64,000 nucleotides of DNA from Bacilli bacterium (GTDB lineage: Bacteria > Bacillota_I > Bacilli_A > RFN20 > CAG-826), in assembly GCA_028705995.1 (NCBI GenBank), contig JAQWCH010000004.1, forward strand, positions 11,064 through 75,063. The letters run 5' to 3'. Below the pieces are notes generated by a model. It searched no databases, had not been told where the DNA came from, and saw only the letters and a list, made by a program, of their open reading frames with translations. Position 1 is the first letter of the stretch. Each line of letters opens with the position of its first letter. Below, piece after piece: positions 46,765 to 55,914 of the stretch. Made by a program: the position numbers and the translations under genes.

Positions 46765-47208
46765 TTATTTTTTGTCTTCGTAATCGGTAATTAATTTTAC
46801 GCGTTCAGCATGGCGGCCACCTTCAAAAGGTGTCGCTAAGAACAAATCAACCCGGCGTAGCACGTCAACCAATTGCATTTCGCCTTGTCCAAAAGCCAGC
46901 ATATTTGCATTATTATGTGACCGGGATTTCATGCTGACATTATCACTATAGCCAATCGCCGCTCGTACACCACGAACCTTGTTGGCAGCAATCATAATTC
47001 CTTCGGCGGTTGTACAAACAATAAAGCCATATTGAGCCTCGCCGGAAGCAACTTTTTCACCAGCTTCAATTGCCACAGTTGGATAGTGACAACTTTCTTT
47101 TGTGTATGTGCCAACATCAACAACTTCATGGCCCAAAGATTGTAAATGTTGTTTGATTGCGTTTTTAAATTCGAGACCGCCATGATCGGCAGCAACTACT
47201 AATTTCAT
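46765..47208 (-). CDS. rpiB: Ribose-5-phosphate isomerase B
   Basis: 147 aa with typical RpiB/LacAB sequence (KLVVAADHGG...GIVCTTAEG...HNNANMLAFG). Confidence 0.9.
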   Translation of the reverse strand: MKLVVAADHGGLEFKNAIKQHLQSLGHEVVDVGTYTKESCHYPTVAIEAGEKVASGEAQYGFIVCTTAEGIMIAANKVRGVRAAIGYSDNVSMKSRSHNNANMLAFGQGEMQLVDVLRRVDLFLATPFEGGRHAERVKLITDYEDKK

Positions 47209-47819
47209 AATGTACCCTCATAAACTTTCATAATTTCGTCAAAAGGAATTTCACCTTCTCGTATTAATTTTATTTTATCTTTTATTTCGACAATGGTCGA
47301 GGGTTTTGCGCTAATGGCCCGACCTTCAATTACGGCGGAAATTTCATTGTCAAAAATAGCTAAGACCGTTTTATCATCCAGCGCCGGTGCTTGATCAGTG
47401 TGATTAGCCGATGGCACCAATAGGGGTTTACCTACACGCCGAATTAAATCTCTTACAAAATCTAAACTCGAAATGCGTACACCGACATAGCCGGTTGAAA
47501 AGCTAACCCAAGTTGGCATAAACGACTTAATAGGAACAATGATCGTCAAAGGTCCGGGCATAAATTTATCAATCAGACGTTGCGCCTTTTCATCAATAAG
47601 CGCATATTTGGCAATATCTTTTGGGTCTGCACACATTAATGTAAAGGGTTTATCACCACGTCTTCTTTTTGCGTTTACAAGTTTTTGAAAAGCCGTTTCA
47701 TCATCGTAAACCACACCTAGGCCAAAAACAGTTTCCGTCGGAAAAGCAACAACTTCACCTGCTAAAAGTAATCCAGCGGCTTTTTGCATATCTATTTGTT
47801 TAAGTCTTAAAGTCTGCAT
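47205..47819 (-). CDS. tsaC: L-threonylcarbamoyladenylate synthase (TsaC/YwlC/Sua5 family)
   Basis: 204 aa with the YrdC-domain motifs VAFPTETVFGLG and SANHTDQ. It sits in the conserved prfA-prmC-ywlC context. Confidence 0.85.
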   Translation of the reverse strand: MQTLRLKQIDMQKAAGLLLAGEVVAFPTETVFGLGVVYDDETAFQKLVNAKRRRGDKPFTLMCADPKDIAKYALIDEKAQRLIDKFMPGPLTIIVPIKSFMPTWVSFSTGYVGVRISSLDFVRDLIRRVGKPLLVPSANHTDQAPALDDKTVLAIFDNEISAVIEGRAISAKPSTIVEIKDKIKLIREGEIPFDEIMKVYEGTL

Positions 47820-47833
47820 ATTTTAAGTCCTTT

Positions 47834-48670
47834 CTAAGTTTCAATGAATAGGAATCGCGTTTTACCCTGTAAATCACGCTTAAATTTAAATTTTATGTTC
47901 GGATAAAACTTTTGAATAAATTCCGACAAATCTGCTTCTTGGTCTTCGCCAATCTCAAAGTACATATATAAAGTGTCGCGTTTAACCTCAGTCGATTTGT
48001 TAATTATTTCTTGATAATAATCAATCCCATGCTGTGCAAACAAAGCAATGTTTGGTTCATAATCACGCACGTGAATATCGACTGCTGCCGATGGTTTAAT
48101 GTATGGCGGATTACTAATAATTACATCAACTTTAATATGTTTTTCAATTAACGGATCGAGCATATTGCCAGAATGGAAAATAATTTGTTGTTGATGAGTA
48201 TTTGCGTTTTTTCTAGCGACTTCTAATGCCCGTTCATCTATATCAGTTGCATATAGAACAGCGTTTTTAAGTTTTTTTGCACATTCAATGGCGATAACCC
48301 CAGATCCAGTTCCGATATCCGCAATTACTACAGAGCGATTTTTAAATTTATTTTCAATATCCTTTAAAGCGTAATCAACAAGTTCTTCAGTCTCTGGTCG
48401 CGGAATTAGAACACGCTGGTCGACATAATAATCATGGCCAAAAAAATTGGCGTTATTGACAATATATTGAACAGGCTCTCCTTTATTTAAGCGTTTAAAG
48501 GCTGCCCAAAAACTATCTTCATCATCAAATTGTTTGTTTTGATTAATATCAAGTTCAGCATAATTTGCAAAATGTTGTAATTCAAGTAACAAAAGTCGTA
48601 AATCGTTAGTAGCTACGAGCTTATCTAACTGTTTTAAAGCAGAAAGATAAAGCTCGCGAATTGTTGACAT
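47834..48670 (-). CDS. prmC: Release-factor glutamine N5-methyltransferase
   Basis: 278 aa with the SAM motif DIGTGSG and catalytic NPPY. A TAATG overlap joins it to prfA. Confidence 0.9.
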   Translation of the reverse strand: MSTIRELYLSALKQLDKLVATNDLRLLLLELQHFANYAELDINQNKQFDDEDSFWAAFKRLNKGEPVQYIVNNANFFGHDYYVDQRVLIPRPETEELVDYALKDIENKFKNRSVVIADIGTGSGVIAIECAKKLKNAVLYATDIDERALEVARKNANTHQQQIIFHSGNMLDPLIEKHIKVDVIISNPPYIKPSAAVDIHVRDYEPNIALFAQHGIDYYQEIINKSTEVKRDTLYMYFEIGEDQEADLSEFIQKFYPNIKFKFKRDLQGKTRFLFIET

Positions 48671-49749
48671 TAAATTTCTCCTGCCAGCTTTTGTTGTTGA
48701 TCAAAGTGAATTAGCGCTTCAATAATCTCATCCAGTTCACCTTCCATTACACGATCGAGTTTTTGAATAGTAAATCCAATACGATGATCAGTAATACGAT
48801 TTTGTGGATAGTTATATGTCCGGATTTTTTCGCTCCGAGCGCCAGTCCCCACCTTTAGTTTACGCTCAGCGCCAACTTTTTCTTCTTGTTCGGCTTGTTT
48901 AGCGGCATAAATTTTCGCACGCAACATATTCATTGCAATCTCGCGATTTTGAATTTGACTTTTTTCAACTTGGCAGCTAACAACAATGCCTGTCGGGATA
49001 TGCGTAATGCGTACTGCTGATTCTGTTTTATTGACGTTTTGACCGCCAGCACCTTGAGAACGATAAGTATCCACTTGTAAATCGTCGGAACGAATTTCGA
49101 CTTCAATATCCTCAACTTCAGGCATCACTAATACGGTTGCCGTTGATGTATGAATGCGACCGCTTGCTTCTGTTTTAGGCACGCGTTGAACACGGTGTGC
49201 GCCACTTTCGAATTTTAGTTGTGAATATACACCTTGACCCTTAATCATGAATGAAACTTCAGAAAAACCGCCTGAACCAGAAGATGAATCATCAATAATT
49301 TGAATTTTCCAATTTTTTGTTTCTGCGTAGCGCGTATACATTCTAAATAAATCTCCCGCAAAAAGGTTTGCTTCATCGCCACCAACCGCTCCGCGAATTT
49401 CGACAACAATATTTTTATCATCATTGGGATCGCGTGGAATTAATAAAAGACGAATTTCATCAATCAAAGTATTCATTAATTCTAATAATCGTTTGCGTTC
49501 TTCTTTACCAAAAGATGCAATATCCGCATCGTCATCTTCCGCCATGATTAAAGCATCTTCGCTATCTTGTTCAGCATTTAAATATGCTTGGTACTTTTTC
49601 ACAACTGGTTCCAGTTGGGCGCGTTCCTGATTGATTAGACGAAAATGAGCGAGATCATCTGTGATATCGGGATTAGCTAATTCTTCTTCAATTTCTTGAA
49701 GACGTATTGCTGTGACTTCTAAGCGTTTTTTTAATGTTTCTTCCATCAT
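48670..49749 (-). CDS. prfA: Peptide chain release factor 1
   Basis: 359 aa with the PxT-type tripeptide region (PKTE) and GGQ ([11 protein letters not shown]). Confidence 0.95.
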   Translation of the reverse strand: MMEETLKKRLEVTAIRLQEIEEELANPDITDDLAHFRLINQERAQLEPVVKKYQAYLNAEQDSEDALIMAEDDDADIASFGKEERKRLLELMNTLIDEIRLLLIPRDPNDDKNIVVEIRGAVGGDEANLFAGDLFRMYTRYAETKNWKIQIIDDSSSGSGGFSEVSFMIKGQGVYSQLKFESGAHRVQRVPKTEASGRIHTSTATVLVMPEVEDIEVEIRSDDLQVDTYRSQGAGGQNVNKTESAVRITHIPTGIVVSCQVEKSQIQNREIAMNMLRAKIYAAKQAEQEEKVGAERKLKVGTGARSEKIRTYNYPQNRITDHRIGFTIQKLDRVMEGELDEIIEALIHFDQQQKLAGEI

Positions 49750-49875
49750 AATAAGTGTTCTTTCTATCGGCGATTATTTTACCATGTTTTTACCTATTTT
49801 AGAATTGTGCAAAACCACACTAGTTTATTATTGATTTTATCACACTAAAATTATCATCAATCTGCCTTTGCTAAG

Positions 49876-49904
49876 TTACAATATAGGCTCTTCTTGTGTA
49901 TAAT
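49876..49904 (+). promoter_or_regulatory. Candidate sigma-A promoter for the dnaX operon
   Basis: TTACAA (49876-49881), a 17-nt spacer ending in TGTG, then TATAAT (49899-49904). It lies ~19 nt upstream of the dnaX ATG. Confidence 0.5.
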
Positions 49905-49922
49905 ATGCCTTAGGTGAAACAT

Positions 49923-51686
49923 ATGAGTTATAAAGCACTGTATCGTACTTATCGTCCGCTTTCTTTTATAGAAGTTGCCGGACAAAAGCACATTGTAAAA
50001 ACATTAGAAAATGCATTAAAGAGTGGAAAAATAGCCCACGCTTATCTTTTTGCTGGTCCACGGGGAACAGGAAAAACTACAATGGCAAAACTATTTGCTA
50101 AAGCGTTGAATTGTGAAGAGGGTGTTGGCCAACAATGCAATCAGTGTTCTAATTGCTTAGCAATTAATAGTGGTAGTCATCCCGATGTGATTGAAATTGA
50201 TGCCGCATCCAATAATGGCGTTGATGATATCCGTAATTTAATCGATAACGTTAAATATTCGCCCATAAAGGGAAAATATAAAGTTTATATCATTGATGAA
50301 GTTCATATGATGAGCACATCAGCATTCAATGCTTTATTAAAAACACTCGAGGAACCGCCAACTAATGTCATTTTTATTTTAGCAACAACCGAACCGCATA
50401 AGGTCTTACCGACAATTCTTAGTCGCTGTCAAAGATATGATTTTAGTAAAGTCGGTGATAGCGATATTCGGCAACGTATGATTACAATTTTAGAAGCCGA
50501 AAAAGTTACTTATGATAAATTAGCAGTGGATTTAATCATTTCGCTATCTGATGGCGGTGTTCGTGATGCTTTGAGTATGCTTGATCAAGTGCTTGCTTTT
50601 AGTAATGATCATCTCGATGAAAACGATATTTTAAGTTTGTTTGGGCTCGCCGGCACAAGCGAAAAAATTGCTTTAATTGAAGCGGCTCATCAACAAGATG
50701 TAAAAACACTTTTAACGAAATCGGCCGCTTTTGTTGAACATGGTGTTGATATTAAAAGATTAACGCTCGATTTACTAAACATACTAAAAGATATCTTGAT
50801 TTATCAAAAAACACATGATGAAAAATTGCTTATCATCTTAAATGAAAATGAAGCCGAACACTTGGTAAAAGAAATAGGGTCGCAAAAGGCGCGGCAAATG
50901 ATTGATGTTTTACTATTAGCACAGGCCGAATTCCGTAATGTCGCCAATATTCGCTCATTATTTGAGGTTGTGCTTTTAAAACTAGTAGCTTTAGGTGAGG
51001 AGCAAATTTCGGGTGTTGAACAAAAGATTCCGACGAGAAATGTGAAAGAATCACCAAAGGTTGTAGTAACTACAACACCAAAAGGCCACTCTATTCCGAT
51101 CAGCGCCGGTGAAATTCATCAGCGGCCAGAGCAGTTGCCGTTCAATCAACCGCAAGTTGAACAACAAAAAGTTGATCAACAACCACAACCTGCTATAACA
51201 CCAAAACCAGATTTAGAAGCCACGATGAAAAAGTTTGTAAAAATTAATGCAACGGAAATGGTTAAAGAAGGCGATAAACTTTTTATTGATGATGAAAGCT
51301 TGATTGGCATTATGTGTCTTGGTGATCGCGATGAGAAACTAGAGTTAAATCGTTCTTGGCGAACGCTTGATAGTCTTCTAGCTGATGATAAACTCGGGCC
51401 ATATGCCGCGATTTTAAAAGATGGTATGCCCTACGTACTCACAAAGAATGTTCTTGTTCTTGTCTACGATTACATCAAGGTCGTGGAACAAGTAAATATT
51501 ATTGAAAATCAGCGAATCTTTCAGAAAATTGTCGAACAAATATTGGGCCGCAACGTTATTGTTTATGGCTTAAATTCGAAAGATCGTGCTCGCGTTCAAA
51601 AGAAATTTTTAGATTTAAATCAACTGGGTCGTTTACCAAAAGTCAAAGAAATAAAAGTTGAGATCTCTGGGAGTGAAAAAATATGA
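49923..51686 (+). CDS. dnaX: DNA polymerase III subunits gamma/tau
   Basis: Start set at the ATG at 49923 (AGGTGA 5 nt upstream); the track start at 49914 is a GTG. It has Walker A GPRGTGKTT, a Cys-rich zinc module CNQCSNC and the SRC motif (LSRCQRY). Confidence 0.95.
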   Translation: MSYKALYRTYRPLSFIEVAGQKHIVKTLENALKSGKIAHAYLFAGPRGTGKTTMAKLFAKALNCEEGVGQQCNQCSNCLAINSGSHPDVIEIDAASNNGVDDIRNLIDNVKYSPIKGKYKVYIIDEVHMMSTSAFNALLKTLEEPPTNVIFILATTEPHKVLPTILSRCQRYDFSKVGDSDIRQRMITILEAEKVTYDKLAVDLIISLSDGGVRDALSMLDQVLAFSNDHLDENDILSLFGLAGTSEKIALIEAAHQQDVKTLLTKSAAFVEHGVDIKRLTLDLLNILKDILIYQKTHDEKLLIILNENEAEHLVKEIGSQKARQMIDVLLLAQAEFRNVANIRSLFEVVLLKLVALGEEQISGVEQKIPTRNVKESPKVVVTTTPKGHSIPISAGEIHQRPEQLPFNQPQVEQQKVDQQPQPAITPKPDLEATMKKFVKINATEMVKEGDKLFIDDESLIGIMCLGDRDEKLELNRSWRTLDSLLADDKLGPYAAILKDGMPYVLTKNVLVLVYDYIKVVEQVNIIENQRIFQKIVEQILGRNVIVYGLNSKDRARVQKKFLDLNQLGRLPKVKEIKVEISGSEKI

Positions 51687-51985
51687 GTAGTATGCAACAA
51701 ATGATGGCGCAAGCCCAAAAAATGCAACGTGAATTAGCAAAAGCGCAAGCTGAATTAGCGGAAAGCGAATTTGAAATTACCAAAGGCGGTGCAGTCACCG
51801 TTTCGATGCGTGGTGACCGCACATTATTAAGTGTTTCAATTGATAAAGATATATTAGATCCTGAATCAAAAGAAATACTCGAAAATCTTGTTTTACTTGC
51901 GATCAACGAACTCCTTGATGCAATCAAACAAGAAGAAATAGAAATTAATGAACGCGTCACAGGATCAGCACGAGGGTTATTCTAA
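51683..51985 (+). CDS. ybaB: Nucleoid-associated protein YbaB/EbfC
   Basis: 100 aa in the conserved dnaX-ybaB-recR position, with an ATGA overlap with dnaX. Confidence 0.9.
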   Translation: MSSMQQMMAQAQKMQRELAKAQAELAESEFEITKGGAVTVSMRGDRTLLSVSIDKDILDPESKEILENLVLLAINELLDAIKQEEIEINERVTGSARGLF

Positions 51986-52584
51986 TGGAACGACTTCCAA
52001 CACTAGAACAATTAATCGATTATTTGCGGCGCTTGCCTTCAGTTGGAAGAAAATCAGCTGAACGGATGGCGTATGCGCTTTTAAAAATGGATACTGATAC
52101 ACTTCAAGGTTTTTCAAAAGCAATTCAAGATCTTAACGAACATATTCATCCTTGCCCAATTTGTGGCAACTATACAGAACAAGAAACTTGTGCAATTTGC
52201 GCGGACGAGTCGCGCAATCACCATACTTGTATTGTTGTTTCTTCACCACAAGCAGTTCATGCTTTTGAAGAACTCGGACCGGAATATGATGGGGTTTATC
52301 ACGTATTGGGCGGAGATTTATCTGCGACAGCAGGAATTAGTATCGATGATTTAAATGTGCATTCTTTAATCACCCGCATTGAAAATGATGGAATAAAAGA
52401 AATTATCATTGCCACCAACCCAACAATGGAGGGTGAAACAACCGCATTGTATTTAGCACAAATTTTAAAAAAATATCCAATTAAAATATCTCGTCTTGCA
52501 TATGGTTTACCAATCGGTGGTCACATTGATTATGCCGATGCCCTTACTTTGAAAAAGGCTTTAGAAGGTCGCACACACATTTAG
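51985..52584 (+). CDS. recR: Recombination protein RecR
   Basis: 199 aa with the zinc finger CPICGN...CAIC and a Toprim domain. Confidence 0.95.
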   Translation: MERLPTLEQLIDYLRRLPSVGRKSAERMAYALLKMDTDTLQGFSKAIQDLNEHIHPCPICGNYTEQETCAICADESRNHHTCIVVSSPQAVHAFEELGPEYDGVYHVLGGDLSATAGISIDDLNVHSLITRIENDGIKEIIIATNPTMEGETTALYLAQILKKYPIKISRLAYGLPIGGHIDYADALTLKKALEGRTHI

Positions 52585-52594
52585 GAGAACATTT

Positions 52595-53221
52595 ATGTTT
52601 ATATCATTTGAAGGACCAGAAGGAAGCGGAAAAACTTCTGTTATCAAGGCAATATGCCAATTTTTTGATGAAAATAAAATAGACTATCTGCACACACGGG
52701 AACCCGGGGGCACACCCATCGCTGAAAAAATACGCAATGTTGTTTTGGATAAGCAAAACACGAATCTTGACGCGCGCGCTGAGGCCTTACTAATTGCAGC
52801 AAGTCGTCGTCAACATTTAGTTGAAAAAATATGGCCGGCGCTTGCTAAAGGACAAATTGTTTTATGCGACCGGTTCTTAGATTCTTCACTTGCTTATCAA
52901 GGATCAGCGCGAGATATCGGCGTCGATGCAGTTTTAAAAATGAATGAGTTCGCAACCGAAGGTTGTTGGCCAGATTTGACCATTCTTTTTGATTTACGGC
53001 CTGAGGTCGGACTGGAACGTATTGCTGCTAACGCCGCGCGAGAAGTCAATCGCTTGGATTTAGAGAAATTATCGTTTCATACAAAAGTGCGTGAAACTTA
53101 TTTACAATTAGCCGAAAATTACCCATTAAGATATGTCATCATTAATGCTGAACTGCCACTTCAAGATGTGATTGAAGCAACCAAAAAAGTAATTCTAACG
53201 GCAATAGAAAATAAAAAATAA
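52595..53221 (+). CDS. tmk: Thymidylate kinase
   Basis: 208 aa with P-loop FEGPEGSGKT, the DRF/DSS region (CDRFLDSSLAYQG) and a lid. Confidence 0.9.
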   Translation: MFISFEGPEGSGKTSVIKAICQFFDENKIDYLHTREPGGTPIAEKIRNVVLDKQNTNLDARAEALLIAASRRQHLVEKIWPALAKGQIVLCDRFLDSSLAYQGSARDIGVDAVLKMNEFATEGCWPDLTILFDLRPEVGLERIAANAAREVNRLDLEKLSFHTKVRETYLQLAENYPLRYVIINAELPLQDVIEATKKVILTAIENKK

Positions 53222-54204
53222 TGCGTGAATATTTATTAGAAAAACAACCAATAATCGCTTCCACATTTATCAATGCGATTAGCAAAGATCGTTTAAGCCA
53301 TGCGTATTTATTAAAAGGCGAACCTGGTTCTCCACTCAAAGAAATCGCCATCTATCTTGCCCAAAGTTTAGTGTGCGATGACCCGCAACCACTAGCCTGC
53401 GAAAATTGTTGGAATTGTTTACGTATTGCAGATGGGAATTATGCTGATTTTACCTTAATTGATGGGGCACAATCGGCGATTAAAAAAGAGGCTATCCAAA
53501 TTTTAGAACATAATTTTGATAAAACGAGTATTGAAGTCAAAGGCAAATTAATTTATGTTATTCACCTCGTCGAAAATATGACTGATGAAGCTGTTAATTC
53601 GTTGTTAAAATTTTTAGAAGAGCCAGGAAAAGATGTTTATGCATTTTTAACCACTGAAAATGATGCACGTGTTTTGCCGACAATTATTTCTCGTACCCAA
53701 GTTCTTAATGTGCGACTACAACCGCGTAAAGACGTCATTAATGAAGCCATATCTCAAGGAATTCCTCAAGAAGACGCTGAACTACTTTCATACTTTTATA
53801 ACGATGCAAATTTAATTCAAAAACATCTTCTTGATGAACAATATCTTGATACGAAAACACTGCTTATTGCGCTTTTAGAAGCACTTGCTAGTGACGCTAA
53901 TAAAGCTGTTTTTGTTATTCAAAATCAAGTTTCTCCAAGTCTAAAATCTAAAGAGAGTGTCCGGATGTTTTTGGATTTGCTCAATGACGCTTTACTAAGT
54001 GCAATTAATCTTGCAACGAATAATCCGTATGTTCTTGCTAGTTATGATAAAATATTAACGCCACTTGCCACGCGCTTATCACGAGCAGAAAAACTTGTTA
54101 TTGAAATCATGAAATTGCGTAGCGAGATCGATCTCAACCTTAACCTATCTTTGGTCTTTGACCATTTGGCATATCTTTTTTTCAAGGAGTTTGAATCTTT
54201 ATGA
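53221..54204 (+). CDS. holB: DNA polymerase III subunit delta'
   Basis: 327 aa. The N-terminus reads RLSHAYLLKGEPGS, and the Cys module is CDD...CENCWNC. The tmk-holB-yaaT order is conserved. Confidence 0.85.
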   Translation: MREYLLEKQPIIASTFINAISKDRLSHAYLLKGEPGSPLKEIAIYLAQSLVCDDPQPLACENCWNCLRIADGNYADFTLIDGAQSAIKKEAIQILEHNFDKTSIEVKGKLIYVIHLVENMTDEAVNSLLKFLEEPGKDVYAFLTTENDARVLPTIISRTQVLNVRLQPRKDVINEAISQGIPQEDAELLSYFYNDANLIQKHLLDEQYLDTKTLLIALLEALASDANKAVFVIQNQVSPSLKSKESVRMFLDLLNDALLSAINLATNNPYVLASYDKILTPLATRLSRAEKLVIEIMKLRSEIDLNLNLSLVFDHLAYLFFKEFESL

Positions 54205-55055
54205 ATGATATAGAAAATAATAACGCCCCCAACGAAACAAATGGTTTTTTTCTTGGTGTTCGATTTAATAACCTAGGTAAATCCTACTTCTTTTCAGCGA
54301 ATGATGGTGATTTTGCTATTGATGAGAAAGTCGTAGTTGAAACAGTTCGCGGCTTAGAATTAGGAGCTGTCTCAATTGCGCCTCTACCACTTTCTTCGTA
54401 TCAATCCTCATTAGAATTAAAGCCAATAATCCGTAAAGCAACAAATGAAGATGTTTCAAGTTACGAGCAAAACAAGATTGATGAAGTAAAAGCTTTTGCC
54501 TACTGTCAACAACAAATTGAATATCTTGGCTTACCGATGCGATTAATTTCTTGTGAGTATACTTTAGACCGTTCAAAAGTAATTTTTTCCTATTCGGCTG
54601 ATAACTATGTTGATTTCCGCGAATTATTAAGAAATCTTGCTAGCAATCTGCACACGAGAATTGATTTGCGTCAAATTGGCTCCCGTGATAAAGCTAAAAT
54701 GATTGGTGGAATTGGAATTTGTGGTTTACCACTATGCTGCGCAACCTTTCTTAATGAATTTGATGGAATATCAATTAACCGAGCAAAAAATCAAATGCTT
54801 GCACTCAATATTCCAAAATTAAGCGGACACTGCGGAAAGCTCATTTGCTGCTTAAAATTTGAAGATGATGCTTATACAGAAGCACGAAAAGAATTCCCTA
54901 ATTTTAATTTCCGTTTCTCTTACAATAATGCTCAATATCGTGTTTCGGGTATCAATGTTTTATCGCGGACAGTAAAGATCGAAAACTCTGATGATGTCCA
55001 GTATGTAACATTGGAGGATTTTAATAAGATTATTGAGAAAAATCAAAAGTCTTAA
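54201..55055 (+). CDS. yaaT: PSP1-domain protein YaaT/RicT
   Basis: 284 aa with the PSP1 C-terminal pattern and Cys cluster GICGLPLCC...GHCGKLICC. Confidence 0.85.
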   Translation: MNDIENNNAPNETNGFFLGVRFNNLGKSYFFSANDGDFAIDEKVVVETVRGLELGAVSIAPLPLSSYQSSLELKPIIRKATNEDVSSYEQNKIDEVKAFAYCQQQIEYLGLPMRLISCEYTLDRSKVIFSYSADNYVDFRELLRNLASNLHTRIDLRQIGSRDKAKMIGGIGICGLPLCCATFLNEFDGISINRAKNQMLALNIPKLSGHCGKLICCLKFEDDAYTEARKEFPNFNFRFSYNNAQYRVSGINVLSRTVKIENSDDVQYVTLEDFNKIIEKNQKS

Positions 55056-55059
55056 ATGT

Positions 55060-55914
55060 ATGGAATATTCTTCAAGCTATAAAAGTAATCTGCCTATTCT
55101 TTATCTAGTTGCAACACCAATCGGTAACCTGCAGGATTTTTCGTTACGGGCAATTAACACTTTAAAACAAGTTAATCTTATTGCTTGTGAAGACACACGT
55201 GTCACAGCAAAATTATTAAATCATTATGAAATTGACAAGCCTCTTCTTGCGTGTCACGAACACAATGAACAAGAGGCATCGATAAAAATCGTTGAGATAT
55301 TAAACAATGGGCAATCGGTCGCCTATCTTAGTGATGCGGGTTATCCGTTAATTAGTGATCCCGGCCATCGCCTTGTCCAAAATGTAATTAATGCTGGATT
55401 CCCTGTCTCGACAATTGGTGGGTCCTCAGCTTTATTAAATGCACTGGCCGCATCCGGCTTAGCTAGTGATCACTTTTATTTCTATGGCTTTTTACCAGTC
55501 AAGGCTAGTGAACGCACACAAGTATTAAAATCGCTTGAACAATTCGCTGATACATTAATTTTTTATGAGGCTCCCCATCGAATAAGTGAAACACTAAAGG
55601 CGCTTGCTGAAGTATTTAAAGACCGCCGGTTTGTAATCGCTCGGGAATTAACAAAAATTCACGAAGAAATAATCCGTGGAAATTTGCTTGAAGTTAATAC
55701 AATAAATAGTGAAAACCTTCGCGGAGAAATGGTGATTATTGTGGAAGGCGCTCCACAAAACATTAGTGAAAATAATGATATCTACCTTCTTAATGAAATT
55801 GATAAGTTGCTAAAGATTGGCTTATCATTAAAGCAAAGTTGTGAAGTGCTTAGTGTCCAACTTAGTATAAAAAAGAATTATTTATATCAGTTATATATCA
55901 AGGAAAAACAATAA
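55060..55914 (+). CDS. rsmI: 16S rRNA (cytidine1402-2'-O)-methyltransferase
   Basis: Trimmed to the ATG at 55060. It has the tetrapyrrole-methylase fold signature LYLVATPIGNLQDFSLRA...ACEDTR. Confidence 0.9.
   Translation: MEYSSSYKSNLPILYLVATPIGNLQDFSLRAINTLKQVNLIACEDTRVTAKLLNHYEIDKPLLACHEHNEQEASIKIVEILNNGQSVAYLSDAGYPLISDPGHRLVQNVINAGFPVSTIGGSSALLNALAASGLASDHFYFYGFLPVKASERTQVLKSLEQFADTLIFYEAPHRISETLKALAEVFKDRRFVIARELTKIHEEIIRGNLLEVNTINSENLRGEMVIIVEGAPQNISENNDIYLLNEIDKLLKIGLSLKQSCEVLSVQLSIKKNYLYQLYIKEKQ

Noticed and set aside
49750-49913. An SRP (scRNA/ffs) gene, which precedes dnaX in Bacillus.
   Set aside because: The region is AT-rich, lacks the conserved SRP domain IV sequence, and is adequately explained as a divergent promoter region.
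51162-51173. An A-rich run, CAA CAA AAA GTT, in dnaX as a possible -1 frameshift site for a gamma subunit.
   Set aside because: It is not an X XXY YYZ heptamer (there is no A AAA AAG in frame), and no downstream hairpin was seen.
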